This document shows, piece by piece, positions 38,698-47,597 of a stretch of 64,000 nt of DNA. The stretch is from Candidatus Latescibacterota bacterium. GTDB taxonomy: Bacteria > Latescibacterota > UBA2968 > GCA-2709665. The notes below the pieces were generated by a model that searched no databases, was not told the origin of the DNA, and saw only the letters and a list, made by a program, of their open reading frames with translations. The DNA is taken from the NCBI GenBank assembly GCA_965219995.1, contig CBDCOX010000002.1:3744001-3808000 (forward strand), given 5' to 3'. The position numbers and the translations under genes were made by a program. Numbering within the stretch: the first letter of the stretch is position 1; each line of letters opens with the position of its first letter.

Positions 38698-41415
38698 CTA
38701 TTTCCGGGGCAGAATTAGATGTCTCACGTCCATGATCTCATATCGATTTTCGCCAACCCAGGACCGGCGCGGAAAATAGACGTGGCGGCTCGTTCCGTCC
38801 GGGTCGATTTCGAACCCGGGATCGTCGTCCAGGACCAGGACGGTCCGGCCATCCCGAATCACGACGTCCGCCAGTCCGAGCCCCAGCGTAAACCCGACCC
38901 CGTCTTTGACCACGGCCGTCAATCCTGTTATCCTGCCCCCTTCGGGAACACTGCCGTCCACGATCAGTCCGTTGACGTCGGAACCGGCTTCCTTTCGCAA
39001 CACCTCCTGAATCGCACCCCTGAATATTCCTCGCCCCGCGAGTTTGGCATTGCCCTTTTGCAGCAGCGACCCGCCGACCAGGGTCATCCGTTCGACGCCG
39101 TCCCGCTCGCGCACGAACCCGATCCGGCCGTCCAGCACCGCGTCTCCCACGACCATCCGCTTCCCATCCGGGTTGCAGAACAGAAAATCCGTATAGTCCT
39201 TCCCGTCGATCTTCAGCGCCACGCCGTCCGAACCGGTGCGCAGTCGCTCGACCGAGCGCAAGAACGGCGCAGCGCCGAACGGTTCCAGCACATTCACGAA
39301 TACACTGGAAAGATCCTCACCCTGCCTTCTATGGATCAATGCCGGCATGGTGACGTCATCGAGCCTGGCTTCGCTTTCTTCCGCACGCCGCACGGACGGC
39401 ATGCTCCCGAAGAGCAGTTCCCCGTCCAACTCCGAGACCCCGTGGATGCGGACCGCGCCCTCAGGTTCGCCCGTGCTGGTGAACACCACCTGCCACGGTG
39501 CGGCAATTCGCGTGCGGCTGACGTCTCGCACGTAAGCGTATACGAAGTTGTGACCCTCGGCATATCCGGGTACTGTTTCCCCGCTGGGCAGCACGACCTT
39601 CACGCCGGGCGGCAGCAGCGTCTCGCCGAAGGCCGACCGATCCAGCTCCGTCTCGATCTCACCGTCGTTATTCGCGTCTCCCACAAGCACGAAGTCGTGC
39701 TGCGATCCCCCTTCAACCCGAAACACATCCACCACGTAAGCGTTCTGCTCCGAAACGCCGATCATCACGAGCAATCTACTGTAATCCCTTACGACCCCGG
39801 GATATGCCCGGTTGCCCTGCGCGGCCACCGCCTGAAACCCGCTGTTTCCCGGCACAAACAACAGCAAGTTGCCGTCGGAAGGGTTGTCTTCATGGCCCCG
39901 CGCCTGGTCCTCGCCGTTCACGACCACGGTGCTGTGTGACAGCGTGCTGGACGCCCACTGCCGCTGGTGGGTCCAGGTGTATCCTATGTCGGACAGCCGC
40001 TCCTGACCATGAGAAAACAGCGTAATGCTCAACAGGTCCGCGTGCGCGTGGCCGTATGCGCCGGAAAAGTGCAGGTGAGCCTGCATCTGATTTGCGCCAT
40101 TGCCGCGACCCAGCCAGGCGTGCCCCGCGCCGCCAAGCAGATAGGGACGGGAGCATTCCGTGGGCGCACGATGCTCCCGTGCCCAGGTATCGTGTACCGC
40201 AACCACGCGCCCGTTTGGGTATCGCAGGAGATCCGGAATCCGCCTCGCCTTTTCGAAGAGCGGGAACCGGTCCGACAGGTCCAGATTCTCGTAACGCGCT
40301 CCGGTTTCGGGATGAACATAGCCTTCTGGATCGCTATACCCATCCAGCAGGTCCATCGCGCCGGCCAGGCCGCCCACTGTCTGATTATGATACGAGACCG
40401 CCGCTTCCCGCCACATGCCATCCACGAAAAACTGCTTGCGGATCAGGTCGCCAATCCAGTCCACCGCCTCGTGCACGTACTCGGGCTCGGCAAGGACCCG
40501 TCCCGCCGAAATCAGGCCGTGCAGGATCGCCGGATCCATATTGCTGAGCGTAATCGGATAGGAACGCACAAACGAAACGCTGCCCCGTATCAGATCGTCT
40601 TCGATTCTCCGCTTCATACCGTCGTCAACCTGGCCGCTTTCACGAATCAGATCGTAGGCGAGGACCAGGTTTGACGGAATATCCCCGTACGCCCAGTAGT
40701 CCCACTTCGCCGCCAGATACGGTGACACCGGAAACGGGAACGTCCGGTCTCCTTCAAAAACCACCTTGGGCCGGAACGGCGCGTCGAACCGTGCGCAGTA
40801 TCCGGGATAGACATGGGCGAAGCGATCCAGGATCAGCGCCGCCCTGCGGGCGAATTCCGGTTTCCCGGTGAGAAAATACAGCTTTCCGAGATGATGGGCC
40901 GCATCGGAAAAATACATCCGGGCCACGTACCATCCCTTGGCCCGGAAATAGTGCCGGTACTTCTTGTCCGGCGCGAACTGCGAGAGCGATCCGGGCAGCT
41001 CAGCCGGCGGGGGAAACGGCGCCTCCCAGTACGGATACTCCTGGACCTCGCCCCGCGGATTGGTTACCCGCATCACCCCGTTTTCGGGAAACATCGGGTT
41101 CGGAAACCGCATCTTGCAGAACAGGCAGAAAGCCCGATCGGGCTCCTCGATCGACCACGACAGTTGATTCTCCTCGGCGCCCCCCTCGCAATTCGGACAG
41201 TCCACAAACCGGAAGCCGGACCGGTCCGGAATCAATCGATTAAGCTCGTCTTCGGACAGCGCCATGAGGGGCGCCAGGCTTTCCTCGAGACCCGCAACAT
41301 GACCCTGGTCGACGTCAGGATGAAACACCGGGCCCGCGCAAAGACGCTCAGGCATCAGAATCAGCAGAAATGCGAGGGCCGACACCACCAGGATCACTAT
41401 CATTTCGCGGTCCAT
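38698..41415 (-). CDS. Heparinase II/III-family protein, secreted, with N-terminal CxxC..CxxC
   Basis: DGMWRE..SYH, GHAHADLLSI.L, DIGY, ST.SHSTVVVNG; signal-like N-terminus; start overlaps the upstream stop (TGATG). Confidence 0.85.
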   Translation of the reverse strand: MDREMIVILVVSALAFLLILMPERLCAGPVFHPDVDQGHVAGLEESLAPLMALSEDELNRLIPDRSGFRFVDCPNCEGGAEENQLSWSIEEPDRAFCLFCKMRFPNPMFPENGVMRVTNPRGEVQEYPYWEAPFPPPAELPGSLSQFAPDKKYRHYFRAKGWYVARMYFSDAAHHLGKLYFLTGKPEFARRAALILDRFAHVYPGYCARFDAPFRPKVVFEGDRTFPFPVSPYLAAKWDYWAYGDIPSNLVLAYDLIRESGQVDDGMKRRIEDDLIRGSVSFVRSYPITLSNMDPAILHGLISAGRVLAEPEYVHEAVDWIGDLIRKQFFVDGMWREAAVSYHNQTVGGLAGAMDLLDGYSDPEGYVHPETGARYENLDLSDRFPLFEKARRIPDLLRYPNGRVVAVHDTWAREHRAPTECSRPYLLGGAGHAWLGRGNGANQMQAHLHFSGAYGHAHADLLSITLFSHGQERLSDIGYTWTHQRQWASSTLSHSTVVVNGEDQARGHEDNPSDGNLLLFVPGNSGFQAVAAQGNRAYPGVVRDYSRLLVMIGVSEQNAYVVDVFRVEGGSQHDFVLVGDANNDGEIETELDRSAFGETLLPPGVKVVLPSGETVPGYAEGHNFVYAYVRDVSRTRIAAPWQVVFTSTGEPEGAVRIHGVSELDGELLFGSMPSVRRAEESEARLDDVTMPALIHRRQGEDLSSVFVNVLEPFGAAPFLRSVERLRTGSDGVALKIDGKDYTDFLFCNPDGKRMVVGDAVLDGRIGFVRERDGVERMTLVGGSLLQKGNAKLAGRGIFRGAIQEVLRKEAGSDVNGLIVDGSVPEGGRITGLTAVVKDGVGFTLGLGLADVVIRDGRTVLVLDDDPGFEIDPDGTSRHVYFPRRSWVGENRYEIMDVRHLILPRK

Positions 41416-42803
41416 CACGCAGGGAATTCGACGTCCTCGTCCAGTGGAAACACGGGCCGTCGAATCCGTTTGTAGGGCAATGTCTCCAGCGCCAGGGTCG
41501 TACACCCCGGGCTGACCGCCATCAGCGCCGTGCCGGCGATTTCCCGCAATTCCGGGGCGAGATATCCGTGTTTTACAACCACGATCTCGTGTGCAGCGGG
41601 ATCCACGTTGGCCTCTTCAAAGGCCCGCAGGTCCAGGAACGGCATGCGGTCGGCCGTCAACACGACCCTGACGCCATCCACCAGAAACACGGCAATCCGC
41701 GGCGGATTCATGGCGACGACCTGGCCCATTACCTCGAGAGGAGACCCGTTCATCCTGTCGAGCTTGCCGCCCACGTTCAGCGTCAATCTGGCCCCGATTC
41801 CCGCTTCGAGGCACCGCGCCACGGCCTCAGCGTCGGCGATCCCCGCGACAACCGCGTCTCTTGCGCCCGCCTCCAGCAGCGCCTTCAGCACCAAAGGCAC
41901 ATCCCCCGCCGCCCCTGCCGTGACATTGTCTCCCGAGTCGGAAAGAAATACGGGATAGCGGGTCTCGCGCAACGCCCGCCGAACGACGTCTTCCACGGGC
42001 AGCGTCACCACGTCCGGCGCGAATTCACCGCGGCGGCGCCAGATTTCCTGCGCCATGCGTTCCGCCTGCGCCACGGCCGCGTCGCGATTCTCCGAAACCA
42101 CGATCGCCGCCGCGGACGTAAACGGCGAGTCGGTCCACGCGCACCCGATCGTGAGAGACGCGTCCAGAACGTCGGGTTGCGCTTCCACGTCCGGAAGTCC
42201 CGCGTACAGGGACCGGGCGGGCTCCACCCCCGTGGCCGCGTGTTCGCCAGGAAGCAGCATGGGCAGCCTTACGATGGCATTCAGGGGCCGGATGCCTTCA
42301 TTCACGCAGCGGACCAGATGTCCGATCGCGCGTACCTGGGTCTCGCGCCTGTCCACGTGGGGCGCCGTCCGCAGCGCGGTGAGTACATTGGTGTTCTCCA
42401 CGACCTCGGGCGCAAGATTGCAGTGCAGGTCCAGGCTGGCGACGATCGGAATCTCGTCGCCGACCGTCTCGCGCACGCGGAAGACCAGGTCGCGCTCCCC
42501 GTCGCCAACGTCCTCCACCTCCATCGCCCCGTGCAGATCCAGGTACACGCCGTCCACGGTGGATGACCGGCGCAGTCGATCCACCAGTTCGTCCGCCATG
42601 GACTCGTACGCCTCCCGGAGAACCAGCCCATGCGGCTGTGCCTTTGCAACCAGCGCTGGCGCCCATTCGACGTTGCCGAACGCCTGCCGGGGAACATCGG
42701 CCAGGACTTCCTCTCCGCGCAGGACGCGAAAGTCCTCGATACCCGCCCGAAGCGGAGAAAACGTGTTCGTTTCGTGCCTGATCCCGCATATCGCCAGTCT
42801 CAT
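41415..42803 (-). CDS. M81 (MlrC) family metallopeptidase
   Basis: HETNTFS, LDLHGAM, SLDLHCN, PHVD and DSGDN.TAG motifs. Confidence 0.92.
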   Translation of the reverse strand: MRLAICGIRHETNTFSPLRAGIEDFRVLRGEEVLADVPRQAFGNVEWAPALVAKAQPHGLVLREAYESMADELVDRLRRSSTVDGVYLDLHGAMEVEDVGDGERDLVFRVRETVGDEIPIVASLDLHCNLAPEVVENTNVLTALRTAPHVDRRETQVRAIGHLVRCVNEGIRPLNAIVRLPMLLPGEHAATGVEPARSLYAGLPDVEAQPDVLDASLTIGCAWTDSPFTSAAAIVVSENRDAAVAQAERMAQEIWRRRGEFAPDVVTLPVEDVVRRALRETRYPVFLSDSGDNVTAGAAGDVPLVLKALLEAGARDAVVAGIADAEAVARCLEAGIGARLTLNVGGKLDRMNGSPLEVMGQVVAMNPPRIAVFLVDGVRVVLTADRMPFLDLRAFEEANVDPAAHEIVVVKHGYLAPELREIAGTALMAVSPGCTTLALETLPYKRIRRPVFPLDEDVEFPA

Positions 42804-43013
42804 TTAACCTCAATTCGAAAATCGATAACCGTTAAATCGGCCACAAAAAGCACAAAAGGCGCAAGAGGTATCGGTGCGAAACGGCGTGGGTCGTAACGCC
42901 GTGACCCGGTAGATACGTATCATGGAATTCAGAAGTTAAATCGCCTTTATTCACTTGCACATATTCGAATTAACGTCACCGAAAAATGACGAATCGAGGT
43001 TAAACTCCCGATC

Positions 43014-45428
43014 TCAGATTCGCACCACCTGGTCCACGTCCAGGAACAATTCGAGTACTTTGCCGCGTTTCAGAACACTCACGTCCACCCTGCGTCCGGC
43101 GTCATTGGTGACGTATGCGCCGCCGCCGGGGACCGCCTCGACCCGAATATCGCCGTCGGTCCGGACCTTCAGCACCTCTTTCGCGTAAACAGCTTTTCCT
43201 CCTTCGATCGGCACTTCATACGCCGCGCGCTGTCCGCAGACACGGGTGATGCTCCCGAAGACCGGCACCTCACCACCGGCGACGGTCTCGAACGTGCACA
43301 GCTTCCGCTTCGCCCCGAAGTTGCCGGCGCACAGATATCCATCCACGATCAGGCCGACCGTATCATCCGACGATTCGGCGGTGCTCAGGAACTGGGCCGG
43401 CGTTTTTTCGTGCGGCTGCTCGGGACAGATCATCATTGCAAGCGCACCCGCCTGCTCACCGGCGCGGTACTCCTTCGCCGCCTCGTCCAGGCTCAGAAAC
43501 AGATCGTCGGCCACCGCCCTGAATGCGAACGGAGGAAAATAGTGGCGGTTCACATAGCGGGTGCCGCCGGTCCCCTTGAAGACGATCCCCAGCTGATCGT
43601 CCACGTTCAGCCACCCCGGATCGCGCAGGTCGAACACGACGTCGGCGTCGGGATCATTGCCGGGAAACCCCGGAAACGTCTCCGTTCCGTCCGGGTGATA
43701 AAGGATGCGCTTTCCGTCGCACACGCCGCCGACGAGGGGGAAGTCCTCGTTGACAATTCTGATGAATCCCTGATCGAGCCGCTCTACGATACAGTCTTCC
43801 AACGCATCGAGTTGTTCACTGACCACCATCCGTCCGTCCGGAAGCGAGCAGCACAACACGCGCTGGCGAATCGCGTCCTGGGCCCGGTGGTTGACCATCA
43901 ACGCCGCAAAACCGTCGTCCTTCCGGTTCACTTCCATGACGAGCAAGTCGTGACTCTCCGGACGGTCCTTCACGGTCACGTTGGCCAGCAGACTCCACCG
44001 GCTGGGCCCGACTGTATGCACGCCGTCGCACGTGAACGGCAGCGCCATCATGTAATTCCGCCAGGAGAGGGAGTTTTGTCCTTTCCTATGTCGATGGTGT
44101 ACGAATCCCGAGTGCGGGAACAATCGGACGCCATTGAACTTGCTTGCGATTTCCTCGGCGGACGACGGCGCCGGCGCTTCCGCATCCATCAACCGGTGCA
44201 GGAGGTAGGGCTTCACGATCAAGGCGATCATTTCGGACTCCTTGATCTCCATGGGATCTTCCACCTCGTGGCAGGTGGCCGCAATTTCGGGATCGATCAA
44301 CCGCCCTCCGTTCCCTTCCTGCTTTTTTTCTCTCAGCGCAAGCGAAACTTCCTCGAAATACCCGGCATCGGGGTCCTTCAGGAACAGATAGGCCGATGCG
44401 TGCAGCGCGTGTTGTTCTCCCAGATAGAGGCGGTCCATCCCCTGTGTCGGCATCGCCGACCCGGTCTCGTCCGTCAGCAGTTTGATCGCGTCGTAGACCC
44501 GCTGGCGGTTCCAGTAGGCCTCAGGAGGTTCGGTCCTTCCGTACATCCGGTAGAGCAATCCCAGGGCGGCCACCGACTGGACCCCGGAAGCGGTGTAGCC
44601 GGGGTGGACCATGCCGTGGTTTTCCGCCATGTAGTCCGGCAGCGTGGTAAACGTCTTGCCGGTCAGCGCAGCGGCCGTCAACCCGGATTCCAGCGCCCCC
44701 TGGTTGAACCGGTCCTGCGGGGCCGCGCATGCCGAAAACATCCATCGCCGGGCGCTGGTTTCCCACGCTTCCGCCTGCTCGTGTCCGGACAGAAACAGAT
44801 AACACGCCGCCAGTCCGTGCGCCGTCCACGCGTTCTCTTCCATCTGCGTATCGGCGAATACTCCGCTCTTCGGCGCCATGTCTCCGAACCGTTCGAGATA
44901 GTCCAGGCAGATTTCCGCCAGCATCATCCGCGTTTCGTCGTCCACGTATGGCTGCAGCATCAGGGCGGCGGAGGTCATATTCGCGACGGTCCCGCCGCAC
45001 TGGCTCTCAGGGAAGAACCCCCGGCCCCTTTCCCCCCACTTGGTGCCCCAGGACCTCGGCATTCCCAGCCCCGTGGACGGCCGCAGGCATTCCTCCGGGC
45101 CCGTGTCGTGCGTGAAACAAAGGTATCGGATGGCCTTGATGACGACTTCCCGGAGGTTGTCGATCGACAGTCCCGTAGTCTTCTCGTCGTACTCCGGCGA
45201 GGTGCCCACCGCGGCCAGGGCGTGCAGCGGGACGGCCGTCTCGATGCCGTACCAGTGGACCCCGCCGAAGAAGTGTCCGCAATCGGGGCGCTCCCCCCAA
45301 TCCTCGAAATAGCTCAGCGCGGTGGGAAACCACTTCTGCGCCATCCGCAGATATCGCCGGCTCATCGGGGTCTCGATCGCCGGTATGCACGCGCCTTTCA
45401 GGCTGGTGATCATGTCGGGCGTGACCAC
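43014..45428 (-). CDS. Hypothetical protein, possible polysaccharide-lyase-like architecture (paralog 2)
   Basis: RPDCGHFFGGVHWYG, KWGERG.GFF, DTQMEENAWT and AENHGMVHP.Y shared with paralog 1. Confidence 0.7.
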   Translation of the reverse strand: MVTPDMITSLKGACIPAIETPMSRRYLRMAQKWFPTALSYFEDWGERPDCGHFFGGVHWYGIETAVPLHALAAVGTSPEYDEKTTGLSIDNLREVVIKAIRYLCFTHDTGPEECLRPSTGLGMPRSWGTKWGERGRGFFPESQCGGTVANMTSAALMLQPYVDDETRMMLAEICLDYLERFGDMAPKSGVFADTQMEENAWTAHGLAACYLFLSGHEQAEAWETSARRWMFSACAAPQDRFNQGALESGLTAAALTGKTFTTLPDYMAENHGMVHPGYTASGVQSVAALGLLYRMYGRTEPPEAYWNRQRVYDAIKLLTDETGSAMPTQGMDRLYLGEQHALHASAYLFLKDPDAGYFEEVSLALREKKQEGNGGRLIDPEIAATCHEVEDPMEIKESEMIALIVKPYLLHRLMDAEAPAPSSAEEIASKFNGVRLFPHSGFVHHRHRKGQNSLSWRNYMMALPFTCDGVHTVGPSRWSLLANVTVKDRPESHDLLVMEVNRKDDGFAALMVNHRAQDAIRQRVLCCSLPDGRMVVSEQLDALEDCIVERLDQGFIRIVNEDFPLVGGVCDGKRILYHPDGTETFPGFPGNDPDADVVFDLRDPGWLNVDDQLGIVFKGTGGTRYVNRHYFPPFAFRAVADDLFLSLDEAAKEYRAGEQAGALAMMICPEQPHEKTPAQFLSTAESSDDTVGLIVDGYLCAGNFGAKRKLCTFETVAGGEVPVFGSITRVCGQRAAYEVPIEGGKAVYAKEVLKVRTDGDIRVEAVPGGGAYVTNDAGRRVDVSVLKRGKVLELFLDVDQVVRI

Positions 45429-45453
45429 GCTCTATCGCTCCTTGAAGAGAATA

Positions 45454-46254
45454 TCAACTCAACATCCGTTCGGCTCGCTTGTGGCAGATTTCCTCCAGCG
45501 TTTCTTCGTCCACCGGCAACACCGCGCACTTCACCGTCGCGGCGGAAGGATAGGAGAACGGCACGTGCGTGCCGAATACGAGGTGGCCCGCGCCGCCCTG
45601 CGCGATGAAATTCGCCAGATCTCCCAGGTCGTTCACGTTTCGGTTCAACGAGTAGTGGACTTCAGCAAGGGACAGGTCGAAATACCAGTCGCGGTCCCGA
45701 ATCTCCTGTCGCCGCCACACGGGGGAACCTGCAATGCCCCGCGCATTGGGGATCACGATGGTTGCTCCCGGTACCGCGGCAATAAGGTTCGCCGCGCCAT
45801 CGAGGTCCAACATCCGTCCGGGATCCATCCAGTGCCTTTGCCGGACGTCCTCGATCCGATGCGGAAGGAACACGGGAAGGTCCCGTTCGGCGCAGGCCGA
45901 AACGACCTTGCGGGCTTCGGGACCATCCACGGCGAATTCATGGTATTGCGGGAACAGCCGCGCGCCCTTCATGCCCAGGTCTTCGTGACACCGGCGCAGG
46001 TCGCCCTCCCAGTTCGCGTCGGCCGCATTGATCGTCGCCATCGGAATCAACCGATCCGTAAACCCCTCCAGGTCCTCCGCCAGACGCTCGTTTGCCGGTT
46101 GGACGCTCCGGTGCAGTATCGCCTCGATCCTCGACACGCAGCCCGTACCGATGCCGGCCCGGTCCAGCCTTCGGATCAGTGTGTCGGGGGTATTGTCCCG
46201 CAATGCCCGAAAAGGCCACGAGCCCAACCAGGCGTTGAGATCGATGTATTTCAC
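45454..46254 (-). CDS. Amidohydrolase-fold protein with degenerate metal ligands
   Basis: IDLNA replaces D.H.H; FGTH replaces FGTD; 4-nt overlap with the upstream gene. Confidence 0.8.
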   Translation of the reverse strand: MKYIDLNAWLGSWPFRALRDNTPDTLIRRLDRAGIGTGCVSRIEAILHRSVQPANERLAEDLEGFTDRLIPMATINAADANWEGDLRRCHEDLGMKGARLFPQYHEFAVDGPEARKVVSACAERDLPVFLPHRIEDVRQRHWMDPGRMLDLDGAANLIAAVPGATIVIPNARGIAGSPVWRRQEIRDRDWYFDLSLAEVHYSLNRNVNDLGDLANFIAQGGAGHLVFGTHVPFSYPSAATVKCAVLPVDEETLEEICHKRAERMLS

Positions 46255-47093
46255 GCCGGAACCTCCTTCCCCTGCCGGAGCGGCGCCGCGCCCTGGGCGG
46301 CCAGAATCCGCTCCGCGTTGTCCCAGAAAATCATGTCCTTTTCCTTATCCGTCAGCGTGGCATCGATGACCTTTCCCACGCTGCCGGACATGGTGCCGTC
46401 TGTGCCGAACAGCACCCGGTCCGGGCCCATTTCCGCCACCGCCAGCTCGACCTGCCCGTCGTCCAGATTGCTGCCGCTGACGTCGCAGACCAGGCTGCGC
46501 GACGTGCCCCGCATCGCGCGAATGGTGTTTTCCCAGTCGCCGCCGCCGCCGATGTGGGCGTGGATGACCATCGCCTCCGGATACCGGCGGTTCATAGCGG
46601 CGAAGTGGCGACCGTTGGAAATCAGCGGTTGTCCGTCGAGGAATTCCCTGGAGGTGGGGAGGCCCGCGTGCTCCAGAAGGGGGACCTTGCGCTCGACGAT
46701 GCGTTCGATGACCGGAACCACGGCCGGATCGTCGATGCGGTACTGGTTGTAGAGTTTGAGGCCGATCATCCCCGCGTCCAGGCAACGGTCAATCTCGTCC
46801 AACGCGTGACGATAATGTCCCGGAATGACGAAACACAGGCCCCGAATATGGTCGGGAAAGCGTTTCATGGCCCTCAGCACGGCATCGTTCTCCGCGCGTA
46901 CTTCCTCGATACCGGCAAGCCGCCCGCCCGTAATTGGCGACGAACACCAGAATTCGGTAATGCCCAGCATGTCGCCCGTCGAGATCAGCCGCTCGGCGGA
47001 CGTCGCCTCGTCCGCCTCGTTCCCCAGATTCCAGACGTGGCAGTGCACGTCGATCTTGGGCCGGCGGAGCCATCTTTCGATATCCAGACTCAT
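46251..47093 (-). CDS. Amidohydrolase_2 family protein
   Basis: IDVHCH, LEHAG, AHIGGG, LFGTD, DNA.R. Confidence 0.9.
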   Translation of the reverse strand: MSLDIERWLRRPKIDVHCHVWNLGNEADEATSAERLISTGDMLGITEFWCSSPITGGRLAGIEEVRAENDAVLRAMKRFPDHIRGLCFVIPGHYRHALDEIDRCLDAGMIGLKLYNQYRIDDPAVVPVIERIVERKVPLLEHAGLPTSREFLDGQPLISNGRHFAAMNRRYPEAMVIHAHIGGGGDWENTIRAMRGTSRSLVCDVSGSNLDDGQVELAVAEMGPDRVLFGTDGTMSGSVGKVIDATLTDKEKDMIFWDNAERILAAQGAAPLRQGKEVPA

Positions 47094-47127
47094 TTCAAAT
47101 CCTCCGAAGGTTTGAAGGCGAAAAAAG

Positions 47128-47172
47128 CGATCAGCTATCAGCTGTCAGCTGTCAGCTATCAGCCGTCAGCTA
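47128..47172. repeat. TCAGC(T/C)N 7-bp microrepeat (also about 38318-38345, 21655, and inverted at 47565-47595)
   Basis: tcagctatcagctgtcagctgtcagctatcagccgtcagc. Confidence 0.8.
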
Positions 47173-47597
47173 AGATCAAATACAAAACCCCTTTCCCCAA
47201 ATTCCCTGCCTACGGCGTGTTCCTTTTGAAGCGACCAAAAGGAACCAAAAGTCGCCGCTGGGCGCGGGGCCTGCCTTATGCATGGCGCGAATACCCTCAC
47301 AGGACTCACCCGATACGCTGGCCTGCCAGCCTCGGAGGATATTCTAAGTCGGTGCGGGACGGAACAACGCGCCCTGCTCTGGCAGTACTCGCGAAGGACC
47401 CTGCGCTCGATAGCCGAATGGCATTCTGAGAGCGAGACCTTTCCCCCGGCACGTCATTAACCCTGTAGATCGACCCATCACAGTTCACCGCTCCCGTGGG
47501 AAGGGGGCCAGGGGGCAGGTCTCGCCCGGTGGGTCAGGCGCCTTTGGAATGGGCAGGGCGGAGAGCTGGCTGCTGACAGCTTACGGCTGATAGCTAC

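Noticed and set aside
43410-45608. 732-aa plus-strand ORF
   Set aside because: Antisense shadow of the paralog-supported minus-strand gene; Arg/Pro/Gly-rich with no motifs.
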